DNA of 64,000 nucleotides from assembly GCA_002269645.1 (NCBI GenBank), contig NIVC01002760.1, forward strand, positions 62,001 to 126,000, given 5' to 3'. A program made the position numbers and the translations under genes. The first letter of the stretch is position 1, and each line of letters starts with the position of its first letter. This DNA comes from Macrostomum lignano (Eukaryota). Positions 1 to 11,756 of the stretch are shown here, in pieces. The notes beneath the pieces are model-generated. The model saw nothing but the letters and a program-made list of their open reading frames with translations. It was not told the origin of the DNA and did not search any database.

Positions 1-60
1 TTCGGGTGACAGCGGCTTGTGTCTCTGCATTGACTGACTGCAGCTGTTGATCAAGTGCTC

Positions 61-530
61 AGTAAGCCTGAGTTGGTTAAACTGTGCTCAGTAAGCCTGA
101 GTTGGTTAAGCTGTGCTCAGTAAGCCTGAGTTGGTTAAGCTGTGCTCAGTAAGCCTGAGTTGGTTAAGCTGTGCTCAGTAAGCCTGAGTTGGTTAAACTG
201 TGCTCAGTAAGCCTGAGTTGGTTCAACTGTGCTCAATAAGTCTGAGTTATTTAAACTGTGCTCAGGAAGCCTGAGTTGGTTAAGCTGTGCTCAGGAAGCC
301 TGAGTTGGTTAAACTGTGCTCAGTAAGCCTGAGTTGGTTAAACTGTGCTCAGTAAGCCTGAGTTGGTTAAACTGTGCTCAGTAAGCCTGAGTTGGTTAAA
401 CTGTGCTCAGTAAGCCTGAGTTGGTTAAACTGTGCTCAGTAAGCCTGAGTTGGTTAAACTGTGCTCAGTAAGCCTGAGTTGGTTAAGCTGTGCTCAGTAA
501 GCCTGAGTTGGTTAAACTGTGCTCACAGAT
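61..530. repeat. 29-bp minisatellite (AACTGTGCTCAGTAAGCCTGAGTTGGTTA)n
   Basis: Directly visible head-to-tail copies with few substitutions and no spacers. The unit contains a CTCAG...CTGAG inverted pair. Confidence 0.95.
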
Positions 531-719
531 TGTCATTCTGAGTTGGTATCGATTTTTTAATCAATGCAATCTGGAGACTGTGCAGAATGTCATCGAATAA
601 TTTTGATGGCACGGCAACTCTACAATTATGAGATTATGAGGTCCATGTTTATTGTTAATTTACTTGGATGCCTTTGATTAATTTATAACAAATCGTTCGT
701 TTAGCATTTAGGCATTGAT

Positions 720-1580
720 TTAGGTCATAGACAATTGCGGTCATGCTCAGTAGGTCATAGACAATTGCGGTCATACCCAGTAGGTCATAGACAATTGCGG
801 TCATGCTCAGTAGGTCATAGACAATTGCGGTCATGCTCAGTAGGTCATAGACAAAATCGGTCATGCTCAGTAGGTCATAGACAATATCGGTCATGCTCAG
901 TAGGTCATAGACAATTGCGGTCATGCTCAGTAGGTCATAGACAATTGCGGTCATGCTCAGTAGGTCATAGACAATTGCGGTCATGCTCAGTAGGTCATAG
1001 AAAATATCGGTCATGCTCAGTAGGTCATAGACAATTGCGGTCATCCTCAGTAGGTCATAGACAATTGCGGTCATGCTCAGTAGGTCATAGACAATTGCGG
1101 TCATACTCAGTAGGTCATAGACAATTGCGGTCATACTCAGTGGGTCATAGACAATTTCGGTCATGCTCAGTAGGTCATAGACAATTGCGGTCATACTCAG
1201 TAGGTCATAGACAATTGCGGTCATGCTCAGTAGGTCATAGACAATTGCGGTCATACTCAGTAGGTCATAGACAATTGCGGTCATACTCAGTGGGTCATAG
1301 ACAATCGCGGTCATACTCAGTAGGTCATAGACAATCGCGGTCATACTCAGTAGGTCATAGACAATTGCGGTAATGCTCAGTAGGTCATAGACAATTGCGG
1401 TCATGCTCAGTAGGTCATAGACAATTGCGGTCATGCTCAGTAGGTCATAGACAATTGCGGTCATGCTCAGTAGGTCATAGACAATATCGGTCATGCTCAG
1501 TAGGTCATAGACAATTGCGGTCATGCTCAGTGGGTCATAGACAATTAGGGTCATACTCAGTACATGTAGATCATAGACAA
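720..1580. repeat. 30-bp minisatellite (TAGGTCATAGACAATTGCGGTCATGCTCAG)n
   Basis: Copies align with the 60-nt line length. Explains the 10-aa periodic ORFs 655-1647, 735-1373 and 1395-1586. Confidence 0.97.
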
Positions 1581-2642
1581 TCATGATCACAACTCGTACA
1601 TGTAGGGTAGCTGTGAAGAATCGGTCATAAACAGTAAATGAATTCAACGATCAAAATTAACAATAGCATGAAGCCTACGAACCCCTTTTACCTTCTATTC
1701 TACGCCCTTTCCCCTGATCTTACCCTCACCAGAATCTTACCCGAGTTTCACCAGAATCTCACAAAGATGGGGACAAAGCGACATGACATATGCATGAATT
1801 ATTAATTCTCCGATGCACGCCTGCATGCAGCCTACCAGAAAATTATGATAACTGCTGGATATGAAAGGGTTGAGAGAGAAGAGTAAAGAAGACTGTCATA
1901 TCAAACAGGAAATTCCCATGACTAACAGGAGACTCCCATGTCTAACAGGAGACTCCCATGTCTAACAGCAAAACTGTGCATTCATTTTAAAACCATACTC
2001 TGCTATCTAGAGTAGTCTCAAAAGTGTTTTCCCACCAAATTCGGTCCAAATAAAAGCAGAAATGCGGTTCTATTCTCATTTTCCTGCTCAAAACAGCGGC
2101 TGAGGTGGCTGAGCAGCCCCTCAGGCCCCGCCATTGTCTCAGTTCAATGCAATGCGAAGCCACTGCAAACACTTATTTATGTACATTTCACAGCGCACTG
2201 AGTGAGCACAGACTCAAGTGTCTGCCAGCATCATTGATGCAGCATCAGCTGTTCGAAAGAGATGCACAGAATGGCTGATGCTCGTTCGAACACACTTATT
2301 TTGCAGATGAAGCAACAAGCCGCACCACCCAGCCTCCAGGTGAGCACATTGCTCAGCTGTCCACAGACTCTCTCCGAGCTCGAGTCTCCCCCATTGCCAT
2401 GGCAACTGGAGCAGCTCTGCAGCGTCTGTGCAGTTAAGGGCTCTGCACATCTCTTTGCTCACTGCGTGAGGGGCCAAGCCGTGAGGCAGCCTCAGACCTC
2501 ATGACACTCTGCAAGCCCTTTGAAAACAATGGCCAGCTTCACTGCATGCCTGCTTCATCAGCTCTGCCTTCCCCGCACTGTTGTGTGCATTGCACTGAGT
2601 GAGGCTCAGAAATGACGCTGCGAAATATTGAAATATGAAATG

Positions 2643-3690
2643 GGACACAGCGGGTCACGGCAAGTCAGGACACAGCGGGTCACGGCAAGTCAGGACACAG
2701 CGGGTCACGGCAAGTCAGGACACAGCGGGTCACGGCAAGTCAGGACACAGCGGGTCACGGCAAGTCAGGACACAGCGGGTCACGGCAAGTCAGGACACAG
2801 CGGGTCACGGCAAGTCAGGACACAGCGGGTCACGGCAAGTCAGGACACAGCGGGTCACGGCAAGTCAGGACACAGCGGGTCACGGCAAGTCAGGACACAG
2901 CGGGTCACGGCAAGTCAGGACACAGCGGGTCACGGCAAGTCAGGACACAGCGGGTCACGGCAAGTCAGGACACAGCGGGTCACGGCAAGTCAGGACACAG
3001 CGGGTCACGGCAAGTCAGGACACAGCGGGTCACGGCAAGTCAGGACACAGCGGGTCACGGCAAGTCAGGACACAGCGGGTCACGGCAAGTCAGGACACAG
3101 CGGGTCACGGCAAGTCAGGACACAGCGGGTCACGGCAAGTCAGGACACAGCGGGTCACGGCAAGTCAGGACACAGCGGGTCACGGCAAGTCAGGACACAG
3201 CGGGTCACGGCAAGTCAGGACACAGCGGGTCACGGCAAGTCAGGACACAGCGGGTCACGGCAAGTCAGGACACAGCGGGTCACGGCAAGTCAGGACACAG
3301 CGGGTCACGGCAAGTCAGGACACAGCGGGTCACGGCAAGTCAGGACACAGCGGGTCACGGCAAGTCAGGACACAGCGGGTCACGGCAAGTCAGGACACAG
3401 CGGGTCACGGCAAGTCAGGACACAGCGGGTCACGGCAAGTCAGGACACAGCGGGTCACGGCAAGTCAGGACACAGCGGGTCACGGCAAGTCAGGACACAG
3501 CGGGTCACGGCAAGTCAGGACACAGCGGGTCACGGCAAGTCAGGACACAGCGGGTCACGGCAAGTCAGGACACAGCGGGTCACGGCAAGTCAGGACACAG
3601 CGGGTCACGGCAAGTCAGGACACAGCGGGTCACGGCAAGTCAGGACACAGCGGGTCACAGCAAGTCAGTACACAGCGGGTCACGGCAAGC
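2643..3690. repeat. Near-perfect 25-bp minisatellite (CAGGACACAGCGGGTCACGGCAAGT)n, ~41 copies
   Basis: Identical copies except the last two. Produces the 25-aa periodic ORFs 2628-3716 and 2635-3726. Confidence 0.97.
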
Positions 3691-5417
3691 CAAGCGGTGG
3701 CTGTATATTTAACTGAGAACTCTTGAGTAAGCGCTGGACTTCCTGCTCCAACAGTTGCTAATAAAAAGTCAGTCCAAAAATCAAATACAAAAATCAGTGT
3801 CGGAAAAAGCGCCAAACCGGTGGCTGAAAAATGTGAACAATTCTCGGCAACAGAAAATCTGGAGTAGGCATTGAGCAGTCTGAGCAGATTGGGGAAATTG
3901 TGATTGGCTTTGTGCCAGAGTTTCAAAATCAACATTGATCAGCTTGAAACTGAAATGGCACTCGAGTCAGCTCAAAAATGTCTCACTAATTGAAAGGAGC
4001 AACCGGTAAAACAAACCCGGCAGTCAAATAAATAAAATTTGAATTCGGAATCGCAGACGAATAAACAAAACTGTGATTGGATAATTGATCCGGGCATCGG
4101 GTAGCAGCAGGTGATCAATAGACAAAACGATAATTCAAAATTCGAAATCTAATCAGTTAAACAAACAAGGCAGTCAAATAAACAAAACAAAAAACACGCA
4201 GTTGAATAAACAAAAGATGTAATTAGACAACAAGAAGAGCGATCGAATAGAAAACAAATAAGCTAAACAAAAAGGTCAATCGGGTAAACAAAACTTTGTG
4301 TTTGTGTGTATTGTGTTTCTCACATATATCCTTCTCACCCATCTTCCTCTCCCCTATCTCCCTCTCACCCATCTCCCTCTCCCCTATCTCCCTCTCACCC
4401 CCTTATCCATCTCCTTCCCTTGCAGAAGGCTTAAGCAGCTGCAAGTCTCTGAGAATTTCTCACTCAGCTCAGTTGCTGGGCCGCTCATTTCGAGGTTCTC
4501 TGCGCTCCGCTCGCCCCACCTGTCCTTAGCAGCTGCGTCAGCAAATTCGCAGCCACTCCCTGCCTCTCCCAGCCTCCATTCGCTCTTCATCTGTCAGAGC
4601 TCAAACTGATGCAGCAGAGATGCTGAGCTCATTCGGCAAGTAGAGGTAGGTGCACAGCTGGTGAGGTTTGTGCAGGGGTTTTGGACAATGGGGCAGAGCT
4701 GATGAGGCACCGCTGTGTGCAGCTGGGCTGCTGTGTGCGGCCTCTGCATCTCCTCCTGTCTCTCCTTCCTCTGAGGCGCTCAGCCATGAGTTGAGGGCTG
4801 GGGTTGGGGCTGTGAGCACATCGAAGCGAAAAGAATGAGGCCTGTACTCACCCCGACCCCAGCTTTCCAAGCAGCTCCAGACCAGCCGAGCTCAATGCCC
4901 AGAGGACAATGGCGAAGCTGAGGTTTGAGGGCTGAGACAGCGGCATGCGAACGCGTGTTAAAAGAGGACTCAAATGCTTTGGGCTGGGGGTTGGTGGCAC
5001 AGAGACAAACTGCTTGAGCGCTAACCCTGCCCCGCTCAAACCATTCACTGCTTTACATTGCGCCTGTGCTCAATGACTGTAAAATTCGCTGCCTGCGAGT
5101 TTTCAGATGCGAGTCTGGCACTCATAATTGGGCCTTTGGAGGCCAGTGTGATTGCGAATTTGTGTCATGTAGACAGAATGTGGCAGGTAAATGAAACACA
5201 TTTTATAGGGCGGGTCTGGGACTGGGACCGGCTGGTGCTCGAACAGAGAATGTCGAAAAAATGTTTAGAAGTACATCTCTGAAACCGGTGAGAAGTCTAG
5301 GCAAATTAATAAATTCAAATTCCTGCTAGGGACTGACACCTCATTCTGCATCACTTACTCGTAGAGCTGACAGCCCCCTTACTGCAGAGGCTCTGACTGC
5401 TGAGATTTGTCAACTTG

Positions 5418-5722
5418 ACAGCTCAGCTTCTCTATTCTCCATCAGATCCCAGCTCAGTTTTCTCTATTCTCCATCAGATCCCAGCTCAGCTTCTCTATTC
5501 TCCATCAGATCCCAGCTCAGCTTCTCTATTCTCCATCAGATCCCAGCTCAGCTTCTCTATTCTCCATCAGATCCCAGCTCAGCTTCTCCATTCTCCATCA
5601 GATCCCAGCTCAGCTTCTCCATTCTCCATCAGATCCCAGCTCAGCTTCTCCATTCTCCATCAGATCCCAGCTCAGCTTCTCCATTCTCCATCAGATCCCA
5701 GCTCAGCTTCTCCATTCTCCAT
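5418..5722. repeat. 31-bp minisatellite (CAGCTCAGCTTCTCTATTCTCCATCAGATCC)n
   Basis: About 9-10 tandem copies, with a TA>CA variant in the 3' half. Confidence 0.93.
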
Positions 5723-6238
5723 CAATTCCAATGGAGAAAAATTAGAGCTCCATCAGAAGCCCTGCCGGTGCCCATGCTAGCAAATCGGATTGAGCACAAG
5801 TAATGCCCATGTGGCCTAATATCCATGCAGTCCAAGTGACAGCTCACGTTCAGGCTGGAGCAGCTTTGATAAATTACCGATATGACAAACTCGATGCATC
5901 TGATGGAGAATGGAGATCATGAGCTGTGATGAAGAATGGAAATGATTTCGGTTGCTTTGTTGCTGTGTGAGTGCTGGGTGCTGGTTGGTGCCCTCCTCTT
6001 TTGTCTTCTCACTGTCTACTCGAGAAATTTGCAGTTTCTCAGCTTTTCGAATGGCCAGCTACGCTCTAAAAAGGAACATGCTTTCATAGCAATTAAAGCA
6101 CCATGGAGATAAAATAAGGAAGAGTTTAAAAGGATAGAAGTGTAGGCTAATTTTAGAAAAAGAAATTTTGTTCTCATTCGATTTACGCCCAACATAAAGC
6201 TCCAAAATCTCCCGACAGTGTTGAGACGACACTGAGAG

Positions 6239-9200
6239 TCAGAGGTTTTTCCTCAGGAACTCGTGCTCAAGCAACTCCAGTGCGGCTTTTCTCTGCCTGC
6301 GGTCCTTGGCGGTGCAGCGGCTGTAGAAATCCCTCAGCTCTGCGGACCGGCCGTCCGGCAGGGCGGGGGCGCCCCTCCTGTCGATCAGCTGGGCCATTCC
6401 TAACATGCTTTTGGCGTTTGCAAACGGCCTCGCGCCGGAGGCCATCTGGAAGACCGAGCAGCCGAACGCCCAGATGTCCGACTCTCTGCTGTACTGCACG
6501 CTGTCCGACTCTCCCGCTCCGAGCAGCTCTGGTGCCGTGAAGTTCAGAGTGCCTTTGGGTGCCTGAGTGGAGGCTGACATGTGGCTGACTGACTGCTCCA
6601 GCTTGATTGACAGGCCGAAGTCGATCAGCTTGATTCGCGTGTTGTCAGCACAAACAATCATGTTCGAGCAGTTGATGTCTCTGTGGATCACGGGCGGCTG
6701 CCGGCTGTGCAGGTAGAGCAGCGCGCGGCAGATCTGCGAGCGGTCGGTCAGTGAGCAGTCATCATTCATGGGAACATGGAACAGGAGCATCAAGGATGCA
6801 CAATGCTCACCTGCTCGCTGAAGTCTCGAATCGTCAGCTCGTCCAGCGGCTTGTCGATAAACTTCTCCAAGCTTCGGCCGTCCAGCAGCTCCATGAACAC
6901 AACGACTGTAGTGGGCTCCGGCTGAGCGATGTGCAAGAACCTGACGATGTTGGGATGCCGCAGTCGGCACAGGTTTCTCTCGCTCTCGACAGCTCTGTGG
7001 ATCTCTTTGCTCACAGAGGGCAGCTCATCACCGAGCTGCACAGGCAGTCTGAGAGTCTTGGCAGCGCACGTGACGCCCGTGTCAGTTCGAACTTCGTGGA
7101 CTTCGCCGAAGCCTCCGCGGCCGATTAAACGAACGACGTCCCAGCGCTCCAGGAACGGGGGGTCTGAGGGTCTGAGGGGATGCGAATTGAGGCAATGAGG
7201 GATAATTTGCATGGTGTAGCTGTGTGTTGTAGCTGTGTGCTGTAGTTGTGTGCTGTAGCTGTGTGCTGTAGTTGTGTGTGCTGTAGCTGTGTGTGCTGTA
7301 GCTGTGTGTGCTGTAGCTGTGTGCTGTAGCTGTGTGTGCTGTAGCTGTGTGTGCTGTAGCTGTGTGCTGTAGCTGTGTGTGCTGTAGCTGTGTGCTGTAG
7401 TTGTGTGCTGTAGCTGTGTGCTGTAGCTGTGTGTGCTGTAGCTGTGTGTGCTGTAGCTGTGTGTGCTGTAGCTGTGTGCTGTGGCTGTGTGCTGTAGCTG
7501 TGTGTGCTGTAGCTGTGTGTGCTGTAGCTGTGTGTGCTGTGGCTGTGTGCTGTAGCTGTGTGTGCTGTAGCTGTGTGCTGTAGCTGTGTGGGCTGAATAA
7601 ACTCACACCAGTGCCAGAGGCTTGTCGAAGTAAATCTTGTACATGTACATACCCTCTGGTAAATAAGAAGCCCCTGCAGATTAAGCTTTGGGTGGCGCTG
7701 TATGGACATTGGGGGCGCAATCGGGAGATTGCGGCGCCACGAAGAGATTGGAGGCTCTCAAATCATTCAAGTGCCAATATTTTGAACATCACACCAAGTC
7801 AATCCCTAACTAAAATCGGAGAGTTTGAAACTACGGAGAGTTTGATGGCACTTGAACTCGATGATGCTTTGTGTTGAAAACTCCTGCAGATTGAGCTGTG
7901 GGTGGGCGGTTGGGTGCGCCATGGGGAGGTCGGGGGCGCCATGGGGAGATTTGAGACGCCATGAGGAGTTTGGAGGCGCCATGGGGAGGTTGGAGGCGCC
8001 ATGGGGAGGTTGGGGGCGCCATGGGAAGGTTGGGGGCGCCATGAGGAGGTTGGGGGCGCCATGGGGAGGTTGGGAGGCGCCATGAGGAGGTTGGGGGCGC
8101 CATGAGGAGGTTGGGAGGCGCCATGAGGAGGTTGGGAGGCGCCATGAGGAGGTTGGGGGCGCCATGGGGAGGTCGGGGGCGCCATGAGGAGCTTCACTGT
8201 CAGATTCATGACGCCTTCGCTTGACTGCGGCGCTGCTGAGAATTTCAGGGCGCCGATCATTAAAGCGCAATGAATTTTCGCCAAACAATATTTTCAGTAT
8301 TTTCAGTGTCAGGCAGCAGTTCTCAGTCAGGACTCACCCAGCTGAGGCGGCAGTCGGTGCTGAGCTGCCAGCGGGAGGCCGAGAGGCTTCGAGCCGCCGC
8401 TGCGTGGAGGAAATCCAGGCCCGCTTTGCTGACTCGTCTGTGTAGCACCACCGATTCTCAACATAATCAGCCGGTGTTTCGCCCTCGTTGTTCTTCAAGC
8501 TGAACATTTCGGCTCCGATTTGGTCAAAAATGAACTGAAGAGAGTCGACTGGCTGCCACTGAGCGGCCAAATGGACGGCCGTGTTCCCGTATTCGTCAGG
8601 AACTGTGAGACAGTCGTTGCCGAGCTCCTTCACCAGCCACTTCAGATTTGAATTGTCAGACTTCTTAGCAGCAAAGTGAAATGCTGTTCTATCCAACAAT
8701 CCCTTCAGCCGAAAGCAGTCAGTTCCGATCTGTCTCTTGATCCACTCCAGCGACTCGATGCCCTGATGCTCAGCGGCCAAATGGACGGCCGTGTCACCTC
8801 TAGAGTCAGGAACTGTGAGACAGTCGCTGCCGAGCTCATTCACGAGCCACTTCAGATTTGAATTGTCAGACTTCTGAGCAGCAAAGTGAAATGCTGTTCT
8901 ATCCAACAATCCTCCCTTCAGCCGAAAGCAGTCAGTTCCGATCTGTCTCTTGATCAACTCCAGCGACTCGATGCCCTGATGCTCAGCGGCCAAATGGACG
9001 GCCGTGTCACCTCTAGAGTCAGGAACTGTGAGACAGTCGCTGCCGAGCTCATTCACGAGCCACTTCAGATTTGAATTGTCAGACTTCTGAGCAGCAAAGT
9101 GAAATGCTGTTCTATCCAACAATCCTCCCTTCAGCCGAAAGCAGTCAGTTCCGATCTGTCTCTTGATCAACTCCAGCGACTCGATGCCCTGATGCTCAGC

Positions 9201-9761
9201 GGCCAAATGGACGGCCGTGTCATCGCATTGGTCAGGAACTGTGAGACAGTCGCTGCCGAGCTCTTTCACCAGCCACTTCAGACAAGAGTTGCTTTTTCTG
9301 TTCATAGCGGCAAAGTGAGCGACTGTCTTTCCATAATCAGCGGCAATTCTCAAGCAGCCTCTGCCTCCCCTCTCTTTAACCAGCTTCATCCAAGACTCGT
9401 CCTGATGCTGGGCAGCCAAGTGCACTGGAGTCTCACCATAACTTTTATAATTTCCATGTGTCAGACAGTCGGTTCCGAATCTGTCAATCAGCAGCTCCAG
9501 GCACGACGAGCTCACCGGCTTGCAGGCCACGTGATGGGCCAGCGGCATGCGAAGCTCTTCAAAGGGAAAGTCTTGCTTGTCGAAGCCGCCCACCTCCAGC
9601 CAGATGTTGCTGCCGACCTCACCGCACAGTCGCTGCAGCTCCTCGCTGTCTCCAGCCTCCAGCGCCGCTATCAGCTTCCGCTCCATCTCTGTTGCCATGG
9701 CTACACGGCTTCTCCTAGCAGCACTTCTCTGCCGATCTGCTGTCTGCCGCAGCTGTTCCAC
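6239..9761 (-). CDS. Ankyrin-repeat + Ser/Thr protein kinase (STE11/MEKK-like kinase domain), ~759 aa
   Basis: Model join(9761-8338, 7171-6811, 6733-6239). Donors GTGAGT at 8337 and GTGAGC at 6810, acceptors CTCAG and CGCAG, phases 2 and 0 are consistent. Ankyrin motifs ETPVHLAA, DTAVHLAA, RTAFHFAA, ETPADY. Kinase motifs GRGGFGEV, AAK, HPNIV, HRDINCSN, DFG, GTLNFTAPE, DIWAFG. The start could be the second Met (MATEME). Confidence 0.85.
7215..7590. repeat. 13/15-bp minisatellite (TGTAGCTGTGTG[TG]C)n in kinase intron 1
   Basis: Directly visible. Source of the HTQLQ/HSYST repeat ORFs. Confidence 0.93.
7918..8190. repeat. 20/21-bp G-rich minisatellite (GGGGAGGTTGGGGGCGCCAT)n in kinase intron 1
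   Basis: Directly visible. Source of the MAPPTS repeat ORFs. Confidence 0.9.
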
Positions 9762-10329
9762 ACGGCTTCAAACTGAGTGCTTTGCTCTTCTTCAAGCGAA
9801 TTTGCCTGCCAGCTCAGCAGCAGCAGCAAAAGTCCGGCTGTCACGGACTGAAATCTCTGAGCTCTCCCTGTGCAGAGAAATTTGTTTAAATGGATGAGGC
9901 CGATTCTCTTCTCTGACCCAGCGGCTGAGTTTGAGGGCTGAGTGGGTGCCAGGGGGCCCGGCAGCTGCTCTGCTCAGCGGGGTGAGAGATGCAGGAGCAG
10001 TGAGATGCTGCGAGCTCTGCTGAGTTAAACAATGAGAGCTGACTGTGGCTGCGTACTGGGCATAGCAAGTGCATTGTTAGTGGGCAGGGGTGAAGGGGCG
10101 GCAGCTGAGACACGAGGGGAGAGAGATGGAGAGGGAAGGGAGGGCAGGGCTGAGGCCTGGAAACTAAGCGGAGCTCTCTGACGATTTTCAATTTAGTTTG
10201 CAATTTTATGGCAAATATTTTGCAGAAAAATGCTTATGACTGAGGATTTTCTGTTGCTGAACTCGAAAAAGATGGAGAATGGTCGGCTGGGTTTGCCAGC
10301 GACACTTTAAATCAGTATCTAACAGATTA

Positions 10330-11260
10330 CACCAGTATCTAACAGGTACTCGTGACATCAGTATCTAACAGGTGACATCAGTATCTAACAGGTGACATCA
10401 ATATCTAACAGGTGACATCGGTATCTAACAGGTGACATCAGTATCTAACAGGTGACACCAGTATCTAACAGGTACTCGTAACACAAGTATCTAACAGGTA
10501 CTCGTAACATAAGTATCTAACAGGTACTCGTAACATAAGTATCTAACAGGTGACATCAGTATCTAACAGGTGACATCAGTATCTAACAGGTGACATCAAT
10601 ATCTAACAGCTGACATCAGTATCTAAGAGGTGACATCGGTATCTAACAGGTGACATCAGTATCTAACAGGTGACATTAGTATCTAACAGGTGACATCAGT
10701 ATCTAACAGGTGACATTAGTATCTAACAGGGGACACCAGTATCTAACAGGTACTCGTAACATCAGTATCTAACAGGTGACATCAATATCTAACAGCTGAC
10801 ATTTGTATCTAACAGGTGACATCAGTATCTAACAAGTGACACCTGTATCTAACCGGTGACATCAGTATCTAACGGGTGACATCAGTATCTAACAGGTGAC
10901 ATTAGTATCTAACAGGTGACACCAGTATCTAACAGAAGACACCAGTATCTAACAGGTGACATCAGTATCTAACAGGTGACACCAGTATCTAACAGAAGAC
11001 ACCAGTATCTAACAGGTGACACCAGTATCTAACAGGTGACATCAGTATCTTACAGGTGACACCAGTATCTAACAGGTGATATCAGTATCTAACGGGTGAC
11101 ATCAGTATCTAACAAGTGACATCAGTATCTAACAGGTGACATCAGTATCTAACAGGTGACATCAGTATCTAACAAGTGACACCAGTATCTAACAGGTGAC
11201 ATCAGTATCTAACAGGTGACATCAGTATCTAACAGGTGACACCAGTATCTAACGGGTGAC
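10330..11260. repeat. 20-bp minisatellite (CAGTATCTAACAGGTGACAT)n with longer GGTACTCGTAAC variants
   Basis: More than 40 tandem copies visible. Confidence 0.95.
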
Positions 11261-11756
11261 TGTCCCCTGGAGAGACCACGCGTTAGTGCCCAGTCGACGA
11301 AAAATATCGCGCCATTTAACTAATCAATAATTAATTCGCCACTTGAAATCACGATACTTGATTTTCTGATTTAAATTTAGTGAAATTTAATTTCCACGAC
11401 ACGCACAATTTATGCACGAATTTGAAAGTTGGATTAAATTTCCTTGGATTGATGCTTTGAAAAAATTACCTGATCAAAGAAATGATCTATTCAAATTGCT
11501 ATTTTTTAATTGCTTGGTTTAGAGGACTGCTGACTTTAGCCATACAGCCAGGGTGTCCTAGTAGCTTGACTACACGGGCTACTGTGGTATATTTGATTGG
11601 GTAAATATTTCATGTAACATAATATCCGCTAACATCCGCATAGAGAAGCTATTATTTGTAGATGGGCTTATTGAGGAATTAAAGCAAGCTTACGCGCAAA
11701 TATTTAATGTTTTTTTAGCATGTAGATATTATGTCAAACATTTGGAAAGTCTCGCA

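Noticed and set aside
2214-2560. GC-rich exon-like stretch with short ORFs on both strands
   Set aside because: No recognisable domain and no consistent splice model could be built.
61-3726. CRISPR-like periodic repeats and long ORFs (655-1647, 735-1373, 2628-3716, 2635-3726)
   Set aside because: The repeats are head-to-tail with no unique spacers and no cas genes, in a eukaryotic context. The ORFs are translations of minisatellites.
4384-5048. GC-rich region with a good donor site (GGG|GTGAGT near 4851, - strand) and several short ORFs
   Set aside because: All three frames are interrupted and no family motif was seen. It may be a degenerate gene or UTR, but this is unsupported.
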